Below are positions 10,247 to 20,622 of a DNA stretch of 64,000 bases, one piece after another. Position 1 is the first letter of the stretch; each line of letters begins with the position of its first letter. This DNA is from an uncultured Candidatus Saccharibacteria bacterium (lineage in GTDB: Bacteria; Patescibacteriota; Minisyncoccia; Phycocordibacterales; Zambryskibacteraceae), in NCBI GenBank assembly GCA_964504255.1, contig CAZDDU010000001.1:33843-97842 (forward strand), read 5' to 3'. The translations under genes were made by a program, and so were the position numbers. The notes beneath the pieces are model-generated. The model did not search any database. It saw nothing but the letters and a program-made list of their open reading frames with translations, and was not told the DNA's origin.

Positions 10247-10816
10247 CTACTCAGTAGTTTCTTTAGGGGTTCTAACTTGTGGCTGTCTTCTGCTTTGCAT
10301 GCGAGGCTCAACACCCAAAAGGTACTTCTTAGGGTTAGAGTCGAGGTCGAGGAAGTCGTCCGCTGCTTCAATGAGCTTCGAAGATGATGACTTGCCGAAT
10401 GAAACAACTTCCACCTGAGTGCCATGAGTGTGCTTGAGATAATCAATAAGTGAAACGAAGTCACCGTCGCCTGATGCAATGATCACCGTGTCCAATTTGT
10501 TGGCAAGCTTAACCGCGTCCATGGCTAGGTCGATGTCCCAATTGGCTTTTTTGGCACCGCCGGCAAAGATTTGTAATGGCTTAGTACGAGTCTCGATACC
10601 AACCTTAGAGAGTGCGTCGAAGAACGCCTTCTCGTCTCCACCTTCTGTGGTGGCTACGTAAGCAATAGCGCGAACTAATACTCTACCGTCTAGTGCTTCT
10701 TTGATGATGGCACCGAAGTTCGCCTTAGCGTGGTAAAGGTTTTTGGCTGAGTGATATAGGTTTTGTGTATCGATGAAGATACCTACTCTCTGGGCCTTGT
10801 GTTTAATAACTGACAT
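10247..10816 (-). CDS. NYN domain protein (LabA/DUF88, PIN-like)
   Basis: IFIDTQNL, DIDLAMD, SGDGDF motifs. Confidence 0.92.
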   Translation of the reverse strand: MSVIKHKAQRVGIFIDTQNLYHSAKNLYHAKANFGAIIKEALDGRVLVRAIAYVATTEGGDEKAFFDALSKVGIETRTKPLQIFAGGAKKANWDIDLAMDAVKLANKLDTVIIASGDGDFVSLIDYLKHTHGTQVEVVSFGKSSSSKLIEAADDFLDLDSNPKKYLLGVEPRMQSRRQPQVRTPKETTE

Positions 10817-10854
10817 ATTGTGTGAATCTATTTAATAAATAGATTTCAAAGACT

Positions 10855-11121
10855 CTACTTCTTCAAACCGAGTTTCTTCACTAGAGCGCTGTGACGCTTA
10901 GGGTGCTTCTTCTCCAAATATTTCATATGAGCTTGGCGACTAGCGACAAGTCCAAGTAGCCCGCGTCGAGAATGATTATCTTTATGATTCTTCTTTAAGT
11001 GAGAAGCAAGCTCCTCGATGCGAGCTGTAAGTATGGAAATTTGTGCCTCAGGAGAGCCAGTGTCCTTGTCGTGGACCCTAGCCTCTTTGATGACACGTGC
11101 TTTTTTTGTCTTTGAAATCAC
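10855..11121 (-). CDS. rpsO: 30S ribosomal protein S15
   Basis: DTGSPEAQI, KDNHSRRGLL; GTG start. Confidence 0.98.
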   Translation of the reverse strand: MISKTKKARVIKEARVHDKDTGSPEAQISILTARIEELASHLKKNHKDNHSRRGLLGLVASRQAHMKYLEKKHPKRHSALVKKLGLKK

Positions 11122-11174
11122 GTATCTACAATAGCACGCCTTAGCCCCCTTAGCAAGGGCCTAATTTGAGTATG

Positions 11175-11195
11175 AAAAAGGCGCCGATTGGCGCC
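11175..11195 (-). terminator. Intrinsic terminator of ORFan 11219-11611
   Basis: Minus strand GGCGCC-AATC-GGCGCC followed by TTTTT. Confidence 0.7.
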
Positions 11196-11218
11196 TTTGA
11201 ACTAGGCACGAGACCCAG

Positions 11219-11611
11219 TCACTGTTCCCTCCAGATTTCGCCAGAGGATTTTGGATCAAGAAAGCTGCTTGGGACCTCGGTGATGATACATCGGGCCATC
11301 CCTTCACCGACAAGTCCGCCATTATATCTGCCAACCCAATCATCACCGATCTTATGGAATTCATAGCGGATCGCATTATGGGCATCCTTTGGCCTTCTGT
11401 CATATCTCTTCACGAAGCATAACCGCGCCTCCCCGAACATGATCTCATGTAGAGTAGACGGCCCGTACATGTCATTCAGTACTCCCGCTCCTTCGCTTTC
11501 CCATTTACCCCAGATGGCTCCAGCGAACATTGTGAATCTCACTGCGTCACCAGGTGTCTCGAAGCCCCCAAATTCTTCAAAGAAAAACCCCTGAATCAAG
11601 AAGACTTTCAT
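11219..11611 (-). CDS. Hypothetical protein (ORFan module)
   Basis: 130-aa ORF with its own terminator. Confidence 0.65.
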   Translation of the reverse strand: MKVFLIQGFFFEEFGGFETPGDAVRFTMFAGAIWGKWESEGAGVLNDMYGPSTLHEIMFGEARLCFVKRYDRRPKDAHNAIRYEFHKIGDDWVGRYNGGLVGEGMARCIITEVPSSFLDPKSSGEIWREQ

Positions 11612-11718
11612 ATTCGTACCCTTGGCTGAGGTTAGTGTACTGACTCTGATACCAAAAGTACTCTTATAGAAAGTAAAAGTAAATACTGTAAATAATATAG
11701 ATAAGAAAAAGCGGACCG

Positions 11719-12051
11719 TTAGGCCCGCACGATCTCGAACACATTTGTTGTGACTGCCCCTGCATCTGCGAGATACTTCATAATCTCGTCGATGAAAGAT
11801 TCTGGCATGGATGAATGTTCATCTCCACACTTGTCGATGCCAATTTTGGAAGACATCTCGAGGTGGTGCCTCACCTCGCTCATCACCCTCTGTCTATCAT
11901 AAAGAGGAGGGATACCACGGATCACTGTCTCATCCCTTCCGTGGCCTCTGGCGATTATGGCACCGAACTTGTCGTCGAAGTGGTAGATCCTCACAGACAG
12001 GCACCCTGCGTTGATGTAGGTCTCGACAGCTTGGTTCACAGAGAAGGACAT
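11719..12051 (-). CDS. Hypothetical protein (ORFan module)
   Basis: Start MSFSVNQ preceded by GGAG SD; followed by GC-rich sequence and TTTTTC. Confidence 0.6.
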   Translation of the reverse strand: MSFSVNQAVETYINAGCLSVRIYHFDDKFGAIIARGHGRDETVIRGIPPLYDRQRVMSEVRHHLEMSSKIGIDKCGDEHSSMPESFIDEIMKYLADAGAVTTNVFEIVRA

Positions 12052-12126
12052 TTGGTCTCCAGTTAGATCTAACCGAGACATTACTAAAATGATTAGGATG
12101 ATGCAAATGCTATAATGTCGCAAAAC

Positions 12127-13053
12127 ATGGCCAATACTTCAGAACTAGAGAACTTGAAGAGACAGTTCCTCGAACATACCGAGATCACTCGCGGTAGAAG
12201 TTTGAAGACTGTAGAGAACTACGACAGATACTTAACTCGTTTCATCGAGTTCGCTAAAGTTAAGTCACCGAAACAAATTACCGACTCTGTTATAAGAGAG
12301 TACCGACTGTGGTTGAACAGACAGCCAGTAACGAAGAATAAAAAGAATCAGGATACGCTGAAGAGGCGAACACAGAATTACTATATGATCGCGCTTCGCG
12401 CGTTTCTTAAATACTTAGCATCTCAAAACATCTCTACCCTATCCCCCGAGCGTATAGAACTCGCCAAAGTTTCTGAAAGACATTTGGATCTAATCACACT
12501 TAACGAACTTGAGAGGTTGATGAATGCTCCCGACACATCGACACTCCAAGGACTTCGCGACAAGGCGATGCTCGAGCTCTTCTTCTCTACTGGACTTCGT
12601 GTGTCCGAACTCGCCTCTTTATCACGCGACTTAGACATTGATGCCGACGAATTCTCTATAAGAGGTAAGGGAGAGAAGGTGCGCGTGGTATTCATCTCTA
12701 CTCATGCGCGTGATGCGGTGAAACTGTATTTGAAGAAGAGAAACGACTTGGAAGACGCTATGTTTGTGAACATCGTGAAGGATCATACCAAGACCGCCCC
12801 AAGCAGACTGACCACAAGATCAATAGAGAGGATAGTGAAACACTATGCAATCAAAGCTGGAATCTCGAAAAAGGTTACACCGCACGTCATTAGGCACTCC
12901 TTTGCCACTGATCTTTTGAGCAATGGCGCTGACCTTCGTTCAGTCCAGATGCTTCTGGGTCACGCCAATATCGCCACTACTCAGATATATACCCATGTAA
13001 CTGACAAGGCTCTGCGTGACACCCACAAGAAGTTTCATAGTAAGAGGAAGTAG
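12127..13053 (+). CDS. Tyrosine recombinase, XerC/XerD family
   Basis: N-terminal SAM-like domain, TGLRVSEL, GKGEKVR, HVIRHSFAT, LGH, TTQIYTH; TATAAT at 12111. Confidence 0.95.
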   Translation: MANTSELENLKRQFLEHTEITRGRSLKTVENYDRYLTRFIEFAKVKSPKQITDSVIREYRLWLNRQPVTKNKKNQDTLKRRTQNYYMIALRAFLKYLASQNISTLSPERIELAKVSERHLDLITLNELERLMNAPDTSTLQGLRDKAMLELFFSTGLRVSELASLSRDLDIDADEFSIRGKGEKVRVVFISTHARDAVKLYLKKRNDLEDAMFVNIVKDHTKTAPSRLTTRSIERIVKHYAIKAGISKKVTPHVIRHSFATDLLSNGADLRSVQMLLGHANIATTQIYTHVTDKALRDTHKKFHSKRK

Positions 13054-13126
13054 AACTATTTGACTTTTCGTTCATCTTGTTACTAAATGGTTGCAGAAGG
13101 TTTGTAAATTAAACACGGAGGAATTA

Positions 13127-14059
13127 GTGTCTGAGAGTAAGAAGGATAAGAAGGGGTCTCTGGGTCTGCTTGTGATTCTAGGGAAGAGCAGCAAGTTGCT
13201 TAAGGTTTTGAAATTCTTCAAGGTCGCCAAACCGCTGGTTCTTCTAATCTCGATGTCACTGTCTGCGATTGCGTATGCATTTCTTCTCGGACCATGGTTG
13301 GCAATTCTTTTGGTATTGCTGATCCTGATCCATGAGATGGGTCATGTTGTCGCTATGAAGATCAAGGGGTTCGATACACCCACCCCAATCTTCATTCCAT
13401 TTCTTGGGGCTGCGATATTCGCACCGAAGTTCAAGGATAGAGACACTGAGGCCTATGTTGGCTACGGTGGACCGTTTCTCGGAACCATTGGAACTTTGCT
13501 GCTCTTCGTAGCATGGTTCTTCATTCCGAAGAATACGGCGATGTCACATATTGTTATCGTTGCTTGTTACTTGGGAACCTACCTCAACTTGTTTAATCTC
13601 TTACCGATAAGTCCACTCGATGGAGGGAGAATTACTCAAGCAGTGGGTCCTTGGTTCAAGTACATTGGTTTCATCATGCTTCTGGCATTCTCGCTTCTAA
13701 TCAGACAGCCCGTGATCCTGTATATTTGGGTTATCGTGTTGTATGAATTCGAATCCATGCCACTGAAGTTGCGTGGAATGCTCACTGCATCGTGTTGGAT
13801 TGCCATGGCCGCTCTTATGAGTTTGGGTTATGGTGAGCAACCTACATGGCTCAATATTTTCGACTGCGTATTGACCTTCCCGTTCATGTACGCAGCGGTT
13901 CGTGGCGCGATACAGAATGAGGACACTGTCGACAAGGATGATCGCCCTGCACTTGCGAGTGGTGATAGGTCAAGGTGGTTGTTTCTGTATTTTGTGATCA
14001 GCCTAGTTCTTGTCTCACTCATCTTCATTCAGTTTCCTCTCCTGCCCAAGAGAGCGTAG
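13127..14059 (+). CDS. Site-2 protease (M50) family membrane metalloprotease
   Basis: HEMGH, GGP, NLFNLLPISPLDGG; GGAGG SD before GTG. Confidence 0.92.
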   Translation: MSESKKDKKGSLGLLVILGKSSKLLKVLKFFKVAKPLVLLISMSLSAIAYAFLLGPWLAILLVLLILIHEMGHVVAMKIKGFDTPTPIFIPFLGAAIFAPKFKDRDTEAYVGYGGPFLGTIGTLLLFVAWFFIPKNTAMSHIVIVACYLGTYLNLFNLLPISPLDGGRITQAVGPWFKYIGFIMLLAFSLLIRQPVILYIWVIVLYEFESMPLKLRGMLTASCWIAMAALMSLGYGEQPTWLNIFDCVLTFPFMYAAVRGAIQNEDTVDKDDRPALASGDRSRWLFLYFVISLVLVSLIFIQFPLLPKRA

Positions 14060-14068
14060 ATCAATCTA

Positions 14069-14092
14069 GACGCCAGCATGCTGGCGTCTTTT
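14069..14092 (+). terminator. Intrinsic terminator
   Basis: GACGCCAG-CATG-CTGGCGTC-TTTT. Confidence 0.75.
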
Positions 14093-14095
14093 CAT

Positions 14096-14125
14096 TTGAC
14101 AAAGTGGGTACAGTATGTATATAAT
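14096..14125 (+). promoter_or_regulatory. Sigma70-type promoter of nusA-ppa
   Basis: TTGACA-N18-TATAAT. Confidence 0.7.
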
Positions 14126-14187
14126 AGAGAGTGTAATAGTGCTTGTTTATGGGACCCGCCTTTGGCGGGATTAATTTTTAAAAAAAT

Positions 14188-15324
14188 ATGTTCGATCTTA
14201 AAGTCATCAACAGTGTGCTGGGCGAGCTAGAAGAAGTGCGCGGCATTCCTCGTGCCAAAATCATCGAGGCTATCGAAGCGGCTCTAGCTACGGCTTATAA
14301 GAAGGAGTACGGTAAGCGTGGTCAACTTATCCGCGCGGCTTTCGACATGAAGACCGGTCAGGTTGAGTTCATGCAAGTGAAGAATGTTGTTGATGATACT
14401 AAGGTCTTCTTCGACGAAGATGCAGAACTAGCGGACGGAGACGAAAGAGTTTTCTACAACCCAGAACAGCACATGCTCTTAGATGATGCGAAGAAGATGA
14501 AGCGTGATGCCAAGGTCGATGATGAGATCATCTTCCCTATCGAGTCTAAGGGTGACTACGGTCGCATTGCTGCTCAGACTGCCAAGCAAGTTATTATGCA
14601 GAAGATTCGTGAAGCAGAAAAAGTTTCTGTTTTAGGTGAGTTCGGCGCACGCGAAGGCGAGATCGTCTCTGGTACAGTGCAGAGAATCGAGAGAGGAAAT
14701 ATTTTCGTCGACATGGGTCGCGCTACTGGTCTCCTCGCATATGAAGAGCAGATCCCTGGCGAGCGCTTCTCACAAGGTGAGAGAGTAAGAGCATATCTAT
14801 ATAGAGTAGAAGAGTCTCCAAGAGGTGTCTTCCTCCGTCTTTCTCGCTCTCATCCAAAATTCCTAGAAAAGCTTTTTGAGGCTGAGGCTCCAGAGCTTGC
14901 GAATGGTGCAGTGGTTATCAAGTCTGTCGCACGCGAAGCGGGTTATAGATCTAAGATAGCGGCTCAAGCTCTCGACTCACACATCGATCCTGTTGGTGCA
15001 CTAGTTGGTCAGCGTGGAGTAAGAGTGTCTACAGTGATGTCGGAACTCAGAGGCGAGAAGATCGATGTCATCGAGTGGCAAGAAGAGCCAAAGAAGTTTA
15101 TCGAAGAGGCTCTCTCCCCTGCGAAGATCATGAAGATCGAAATGGATGAAGAGACAAAGACTGCAACAGTACATGTTGCTGAGTCAGAGCAGTCACTCGC
15201 TATTGGTAAGGGTGGACAAAATGTTCGCCTTGCGGCCAAGCTCACTGGATTCAAAATTGATATTCAATCTGCTAAGGGTGAGGAGCTTGCAACAGGAGAA
15301 GCATCAGAGGATAATAAAGAGTAA
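14188..15324 (+). CDS. nusA: Transcription factor NusA
   Basis: GRIAAQTAKQVI, S1 and KH domains, AIGKGGQNVRLA. Confidence 0.98.
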   Translation: MFDLKVINSVLGELEEVRGIPRAKIIEAIEAALATAYKKEYGKRGQLIRAAFDMKTGQVEFMQVKNVVDDTKVFFDEDAELADGDERVFYNPEQHMLLDDAKKMKRDAKVDDEIIFPIESKGDYGRIAAQTAKQVIMQKIREAEKVSVLGEFGAREGEIVSGTVQRIERGNIFVDMGRATGLLAYEEQIPGERFSQGERVRAYLYRVEESPRGVFLRLSRSHPKFLEKLFEAEAPELANGAVVIKSVAREAGYRSKIAAQALDSHIDPVGALVGQRGVRVSTVMSELRGEKIDVIEWQEEPKKFIEEALSPAKIMKIEMDEETKTATVHVAESEQSLAIGKGGQNVRLAAKLTGFKIDIQSAKGEELATGEASEDNKE

Positions 15325-15326
15325 TT

Positions 15327-15854
15327 ATGAATCTTTGGCACGAAATATCTCCAGGTACAGCCGAGGAGATGAATGTGATAGTCGAGATCAACAAAGGCTC
15401 AAAGAACAAGTACGAGATAGACAAAGAGACTGGGCTTATCGCCCTCGATAGAGTGATGCATACCTCGCAGGACTACCCCTTCGACTACGGCTTCGTACCT
15501 CAGTCCTTGTGGCACGACGGTGACCCGCTTGATGTAGTGCTCCTAACTACTTACCCACTCTCCCCTGGTATCTTGGTAAAGTCTAGACCAGTAGCCATAC
15601 TACACATGATTGACGGTGGAGATGCTGATGAGAAGGTTATTGCCGTACCTGTGGAGGACCCTAGATTCGACGATGTTAAGGATTTGAAGGATATAAACAA
15701 GCACACCCTGAAGGAGATTCAGCATTTCTTCGCTACATACAAGAAACTTCAGAACAAAGAGGTCCAAGTTGGAGATATTGAGGATAAACAGGCTGCAACG
15801 AAGGCTTTTGAAGAGAGTTTGGATCTCTACAGAGCGAAATACCCAAAGAATTAG
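15327..15854 (+). CDS. ppa: Inorganic pyrophosphatase (family I)
   Basis: KNKYEIDKE, YPFDYG, DGDPLD. Confidence 0.97.
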   Translation: MNLWHEISPGTAEEMNVIVEINKGSKNKYEIDKETGLIALDRVMHTSQDYPFDYGFVPQSLWHDGDPLDVVLLTTYPLSPGILVKSRPVAILHMIDGGDADEKVIAVPVEDPRFDDVKDLKDINKHTLKEIQHFFATYKKLQNKEVQVGDIEDKQAATKAFEESLDLYRAKYPKN

Positions 15855-15922
15855 TCAGTCTCTACCCTGTGCTATAATCAGTAATCACGGCTATGGCAGT
15901 ATTACTGGTTACTTAAATTAGA

Positions 15923-16645
15923 ATGAAGAATAAAATTGTTGTTTTAAGCCTTATATTATCAATAATCGCTCTACCTGCCTTTGCGGAGGACAACTCTGGC
16001 ACAAGTAAGGGAGTTAGAGAGGACTACGAGGCAAAGAAGGCCGAAATACAGGGTAGAATCAAGGAAAATAAGGATAAACTAAAGGAAAATAGAGAAATAA
16101 GGAAGGATGAAATAAAGGAAAATAGAGAAATAAGGAAGGAGGAGGTCAAGGATATAAGAGAGGATAGAAGAGAGGATCGCCAGGAAGACAGAAAGGATAG
16201 AAGAGAAGAAGCCGGCGAGAAGTCTGTAAAGGTCAGAGCAGATGTTGCTGTCCGTGTACTAGAAGCAACTATTACTCGACTTGAGACACTTGCGACTAGA
16301 ATTGACTCTAGAATAACCAAGCTAGGCTCAACTGGGACAAGTACCTCTGAGGCAACAGGTTTTGTGGCTTCAGCTAGGACTGATATCAGTACAGCGAAGA
16401 CTCATATAGCAAATATCAAGGGTATCGATCTTTCGGGAGATACAGCTAGCTCAACAGCTACCAGCACAAACAGAGTCAACCGAGACAAGATCAAGTCAGA
16501 GTCTAAGCTCGCAAGAGAGGCTCTTGTGAGTGCAAAGCAGAATCTTATGAAGGCCCTAAATGCTATAAAGAGAATCGAGGCACCACTAAGAAGGGAGGGT
16601 AAGTTGCCAGTGGCTACATCAACAGCTACTACCACAACTCCTTAA
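15923..16645 (+). CDS. Secreted coiled-coil hypothetical protein
   Basis: Signal peptide ending AFA, charged KENREIRK repeats, TATSTA tracts. Confidence 0.8.
   Translation: MKNKIVVLSLILSIIALPAFAEDNSGTSKGVREDYEAKKAEIQGRIKENKDKLKENREIRKDEIKENREIRKEEVKDIREDRREDRQEDRKDRREEAGEKSVKVRADVAVRVLEATITRLETLATRIDSRITKLGSTGTSTSEATGFVASARTDISTAKTHIANIKGIDLSGDTASSTATSTNRVNRDKIKSESKLAREALVSAKQNLMKALNAIKRIEAPLRREGKLPVATSTATTTTP
16081..16140 (+). repeat. Intragenic tandem duplication (27 bp identical, 33-bp period)
   Basis: AAAGGAAAATAGAGAAATAAGGAAGGA at 16081 and 16114. Confidence 0.85.
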
Positions 16646-16664
16646 TAGAAATAAGTAATTCACA

Positions 16665-16961
16665 ATGGAACCAAATCAAAACAATCAGCCAGTTCAGTCG
16701 AATAACGAAAACTCAATTGGTCCTGTTATTGCCATCATCATTGTTCTTCTTATGGTGATTTTGGGTGGAGTTTACTTCTGGGGTGAGAGAAATAACTCAG
16801 CACAACCAGCTTCTCAAGAAGTAGTTGTAAATGAGGCGAATGTAGATGCTGTATCGGGCAAGATTATGCAGCAATCAACTTCTGACGAGAGTGCATCCAT
16901 CGAGGCTGATCTCAACGGAACAGACGTAGATACAGTTGGTGCAGATCTAAACAATCTCTAA
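16665..16961 (+). CDS. Small single-TM hypothetical protein
   Basis: 98 aa, one TM, acidic tail. Confidence 0.8.
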   Translation: MEPNQNNQPVQSNNENSIGPVIAIIIVLLMVILGGVYFWGERNNSAQPASQEVVVNEANVDAVSGKIMQQSTSDESASIEADLNGTDVDTVGADLNNL

Positions 16962-16977
16962 AGTTAATTTGGAGGGC

Positions 16978-17013
16978 AAAAAACAGTCTCGATAGCTTCG
17001 GGACTGTTTTTTT
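16978..17013 (+). terminator. Terminator fused to the tig extended -10
   Basis: AAAAAACAGTCTCG...CGGGACTGTTTTTT then TG-T-TAGACT. Confidence 0.7.
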
Positions 17014-17028
17014 GTTAGACTCGGAGAC

Positions 17029-17997
17029 ATGTCAAAACACGAGCACAAACATACTAATAACTTAAAGATCGAAAAGATCGACGGCGAGGCGCATATTACC
17101 GGAGAGATTACTCTAGAAGCACTAGAGGAAGCTCGTGGTGAGGCCATCAAGTCTCTCAATGCCCGCTTAGATATGCCTGGATTTAGGAAGGGTAATATTC
17201 CTGAAAATGTACTTGTGAAGAATGTTGGTGAGATGAGAGTACTCGAGGAAGTAGCCGAGATTGTCCTTGCACACGAATATGTCCACATCACGAGTGAGAA
17301 CAAGCTCTCCCCTATTGCTCGTCCTCAAATTGCTATTACTAAGCTCGCCCCTGGTATCCCACTAGAATTTAAAATCACAGTAGCACTTGAGCCCGAGTTT
17401 ACTCTCCCAGATTATAAAAAGATCGCCAAAGATTCTAAGAAAGAAGACGAAGACTTGAAGGTAGATGAAAAGGAGGTTGATGCGGTCCTAGCAGAGATTG
17501 AGAAGAGGGGATGGAAGCCAGAACTTAAGGAAGGTGAGGATCTCCGCACTAAGGCGAAAGAGAATCTACTAGAAGAGAAGAAGTTTAGAGCCAAGGAAAA
17601 GGTTCGACTCACTATCGTTGAGGAGTTAGTTAAAGCAACAGAGATAAAAATTCCTAAAGTTCTTGTTGAGAACGAACTAGATAGAATGATTGCACAATTT
17701 AAAGATGATGTGGTTAAACACAGCATGGTATGGACTGAATACTTGAAGTCTATTAAGAAGACAGAGGATGATATAAGAGTGGAATGGGAGGAGAAAGCTC
17801 TGAAGAGAGCCAAGGCCGAGCTCATCATGCAAAAGATTGCTGAAACGGAAAAACTTGAACCTACTAAAGAGGAAGTTGAGCACGAGACCACTCACCTGCT
17901 CACTCACTACAAGGATGCCGATCCTTTAAGACTCCGCATCTATGTATTTGAGCAGCTAAAGAATCAAAAAGTTTTCGAGTTTCTTGAAACAATGTAG
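17029..17997 (+). CDS. tig: Trigger factor, short, lacking the FKBP domain
   Basis: Ribosome-binding signature PGFRKG, C-terminal chaperone domain, position upstream of clpP. Confidence 0.9.
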   Translation: MSKHEHKHTNNLKIEKIDGEAHITGEITLEALEEARGEAIKSLNARLDMPGFRKGNIPENVLVKNVGEMRVLEEVAEIVLAHEYVHITSENKLSPIARPQIAITKLAPGIPLEFKITVALEPEFTLPDYKKIAKDSKKEDEDLKVDEKEVDAVLAEIEKRGWKPELKEGEDLRTKAKENLLEEKKFRAKEKVRLTIVEELVKATEIKIPKVLVENELDRMIAQFKDDVVKHSMVWTEYLKSIKKTEDDIRVEWEEKALKRAKAELIMQKIAETEKLEPTKEEVEHETTHLLTHYKDADPLRLRIYVFEQLKNQKVFEFLETM

Positions 17998-18021
17998 GTT
18001 TTGGTATAGTGTAGTGGAACT

Positions 18022-18597
18022 ATGAGTTACCTAGTCCCAACAGTTATAGAGAAGAGCCAGTTCGGTGAGAGGGCGTATGACATATACTCTCGCCTACTTC
18101 GTGAGCGCATCATCTTCCTCGGAGGCCCGATTGACGACGTTGTGGCTAACCTAGTTATTGCTCAGCTCCTCTTTCTACAGTCTGAGGATGCCAAGAAGGA
18201 CATCTCTATATATATAAACTCCCCTGGAGGCTCTGCCTCAGCTACTTTGGCTATGATAGACACCATGAATCATATTAAGCCCGATGTTTCTACTGTGTGT
18301 GTTGGTATGGCTGCTTCGGGCGGAGCTTGGATGCTTTCAGCTGGTGCTAAGGGTAAGCGATTTGCGCTTCCAAATGCTGAGATCATGATCCATCAGCCTC
18401 TTGGTGGTGCCGAGGGTCAGGCGTCAGATATCGAGATCAGAGCCAAGCAGATAATCAAACTGAAGGAGAATCTAGCCAAGATTATGGCTAAGAACACAGG
18501 TCAGAGTGTGTCTAAGGTTGAGAAGGACTTAGATCGAGACTTCTTTATGAACCCAGAAGAGGCCAAGAAATACGGCATTATAGACAAGATTCTATAG
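18022..18597 (+). CDS. clpP: Clp protease proteolytic subunit
   Basis: [28 protein letters not shown]. Confidence 0.98.
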   Translation: MSYLVPTVIEKSQFGERAYDIYSRLLRERIIFLGGPIDDVVANLVIAQLLFLQSEDAKKDISIYINSPGGSASATLAMIDTMNHIKPDVSTVCVGMAASGGAWMLSAGAKGKRFALPNAEIMIHQPLGGAEGQASDIEIRAKQIIKLKENLAKIMAKNTGQSVSKVEKDLDRDFFMNPEEAKKYGIIDKIL

Positions 18598-18701
18598 TTC
18601 TGGTACTCTCTACTTGTTCAATCGTTAAAGAATTTTTCCGAAATTAACACCCTGCGCAAGTGGGGCTCCCGAACTCCCGAAACGGCTGACACATCCCCAA
18701 T

Positions 18702-20231
18702 ATGTCTCTAAAATTAGCCCTATTATTGATGCTACTTGCCTTAGCTGCCGGCACCGGCTTCGGTTATTTGCTGCGTCTATTAGTCGCTTTGGGCAAGAAG
18801 AACTCGGTCGAGCTTGAGATCCAAGAGATGGAGTCCCGAGCTAAGGAAGAAGCTCAAGATATTATCGAGAAGGCCAACAAAGAAGCTAAGGCAGTACTTG
18901 AGGATGCAGAGGTCAACATCCGTGAGCGAGAGGACAGAGTACTTAAGAACGAAGACCGGTTGATTAAGAAGGAGGAGCTCCTAGACAACAGACAAACGGA
19001 TTTAGATAAAGAGGCTGATTATATTAAGGATAAGGTGGTAGAGATCAAGGCTATCAAGGATAGAGCAGATGAGCTTGTACTCGCTCGGTCAAAAGAACTC
19101 TCTAGAGTTGCTTCCCTATCAGAAGATGAGGCTAAGAATGAACTTTTCAAAAGAATTGAGCAGAGCGCCGAGGAGGATCTGCTTGTTAGAACTCAGAAGT
19201 TAGAGAACCAAGCCGAAGAAAAGCTGGGAGAGAGAGCCAAGGAAATACTTGCCACATCGATACAGCGTCTGGCTAACTCCATATCAAATGAGATCATGTC
19301 GACGAATGTCCCTCTCGCATCAGACGAGATCAAGGGCAAGATCATTGGTAAGGAAGGTAGGAATATTAAGGCATTCGAGCGAGTGACTGGTGTTGAAGTT
19401 ATTGTCGATGATACTCCTGGCGCTATCACCATCTCATCATTTGATCCAGTAAGGCGCGCAGTTGCTAAGCTTGCTCTAGAGAAGCTTATTGCCGATGGCA
19501 GGATCCAGCCTGCGAAGATTGAGGAATTCGTAGAGAACGCTAAGACCGAAATAAACAAAGTAATGAAGGAGAAGGGTGAGCAAGCCGCGTTTGAGTGTGG
19601 GGTGTACAATCTTGATCCCAAACTTCTCGCTATTCTAGGTAGACTCCACTTCCGTACTTCATATGGGCAAAATGTTTTGGAACACTCAGTTGAGATGGCA
19701 CATTTGTCAGGAATGATCGCTGAAGAGCTTGGAGCAAATATACTTGTAGCCAAGGCTGGGGCACTACTCCATGACTTAGGTAAGGCGCTCGATCATGAAG
19801 TTCAGGGTACTCATGTGGAGATTGGAAGACGAATTCTACAGAAATTTAATGTCGACGAAGCGGTGATCAAGGCTATGCAAGCACATCACGGGGAGTATCC
19901 ATACGAGACAGTTGAGTCGATGATAGTTCAAACAGCAGATGCAATATCGGGTGGAAGACCAGGAGCAAGGCGAGACACCGTAGAACACTATCTAAAACGC
20001 CTAGAAGAGTTAGAAAACATTGCAACATCCTTTGACGGAGTAGAGAAGGCTTATGCACTACAGGCCGGTAGAGAGATCAGGGTCTTTGTGGAGCCGGGTA
20101 AGGTCTCTGACCTTGAGGCTCGAAATATGGCTAGAAATATAGCTTTGCGTATAGAGAAGGAGCTCAAGTACCCCGGTGAGATCAAGGTCAGCGTCATCAG
20201 AGAGAATAGGGTCATTGAGTTCGCAAGATAG
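18702..20231 (+). CDS. rny: Ribonuclease Y
   Basis: TM, coiled coil, KH (KGKIIGKEGRNI), HD (LLHDLGK). Confidence 0.97.
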   Translation: MSLKLALLLMLLALAAGTGFGYLLRLLVALGKKNSVELEIQEMESRAKEEAQDIIEKANKEAKAVLEDAEVNIREREDRVLKNEDRLIKKEELLDNRQTDLDKEADYIKDKVVEIKAIKDRADELVLARSKELSRVASLSEDEAKNELFKRIEQSAEEDLLVRTQKLENQAEEKLGERAKEILATSIQRLANSISNEIMSTNVPLASDEIKGKIIGKEGRNIKAFERVTGVEVIVDDTPGAITISSFDPVRRAVAKLALEKLIADGRIQPAKIEEFVENAKTEINKVMKEKGEQAAFECGVYNLDPKLLAILGRLHFRTSYGQNVLEHSVEMAHLSGMIAEELGANILVAKAGALLHDLGKALDHEVQGTHVEIGRRILQKFNVDEAVIKAMQAHHGEYPYETVESMIVQTADAISGGRPGARRDTVEHYLKRLEELENIATSFDGVEKAYALQAGREIRVFVEPGKVSDLEARNMARNIALRIEKELKYPGEIKVSVIRENRVIEFAR

Positions 20232-20297
20232 AGGCCTGTTGCTTAAAAAATGGCTTCATATATAATCGGTATGGGTTTATAAGGATAATTTAAGTCA

Positions 20298-20570
20298 ATG
20301 AATAAGGTAGCAATTGTAGACGCAGTACATGCAAAACTCGGTGGCACCAAAGTTCAGGCCGAGGAAGTAGTCGATACCGTCATCGATTCAATCGTCAGCA
20401 CTTTGAAGAAAGGTGATGAGGTCTCGATTGCGGGCTTGGGCATTTTCTCAACCAAGACTCGTGCAGCAAGACAAGCTAGGAATCCTCGCACAGGCGAGTC
20501 TATCTCTGTCCCATCTATGCGAGTACCGAAGTTTCGTCCTGCAAAGGCACTCAAAGACGCAGTTCGTTAA
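20298..20570 (+). CDS. hup: HU family DNA-binding protein
   Basis: MNK...GLGIF...ARNPRTGE...PKFRP. Confidence 0.96.
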   Translation: MNKVAIVDAVHAKLGGTKVQAEEVVDTVIDSIVSTLKKGDEVSIAGLGIFSTKTRAARQARNPRTGESISVPSMRVPKFRPAKALKDAVR

Positions 20571-20590
20571 TAACAAACTGCGTGCCAAAC

Positions 20591-20618
20591 AAAAATCCCG
20601 TCTTGAAGCGGGATTTTT
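20591..20618. terminator. Bidirectional terminator between hup and cca
   Basis: AAAAATCCCG-TCTTGAAG-CGGGATTTTT. Confidence 0.8.
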
Positions 20619-20622
20619 GCTG

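Noticed and set aside
12127-13053. Prophage or integron integrase
   Set aside because: Looks like a housekeeping Xer-type recombinase; no IntI-specific insertion, att sites or phage genes recognised nearby.
18598-18701. 6S RNA upstream of rny
   Set aside because: Only about 100 nt with one short hairpin; no long rod structure visible.
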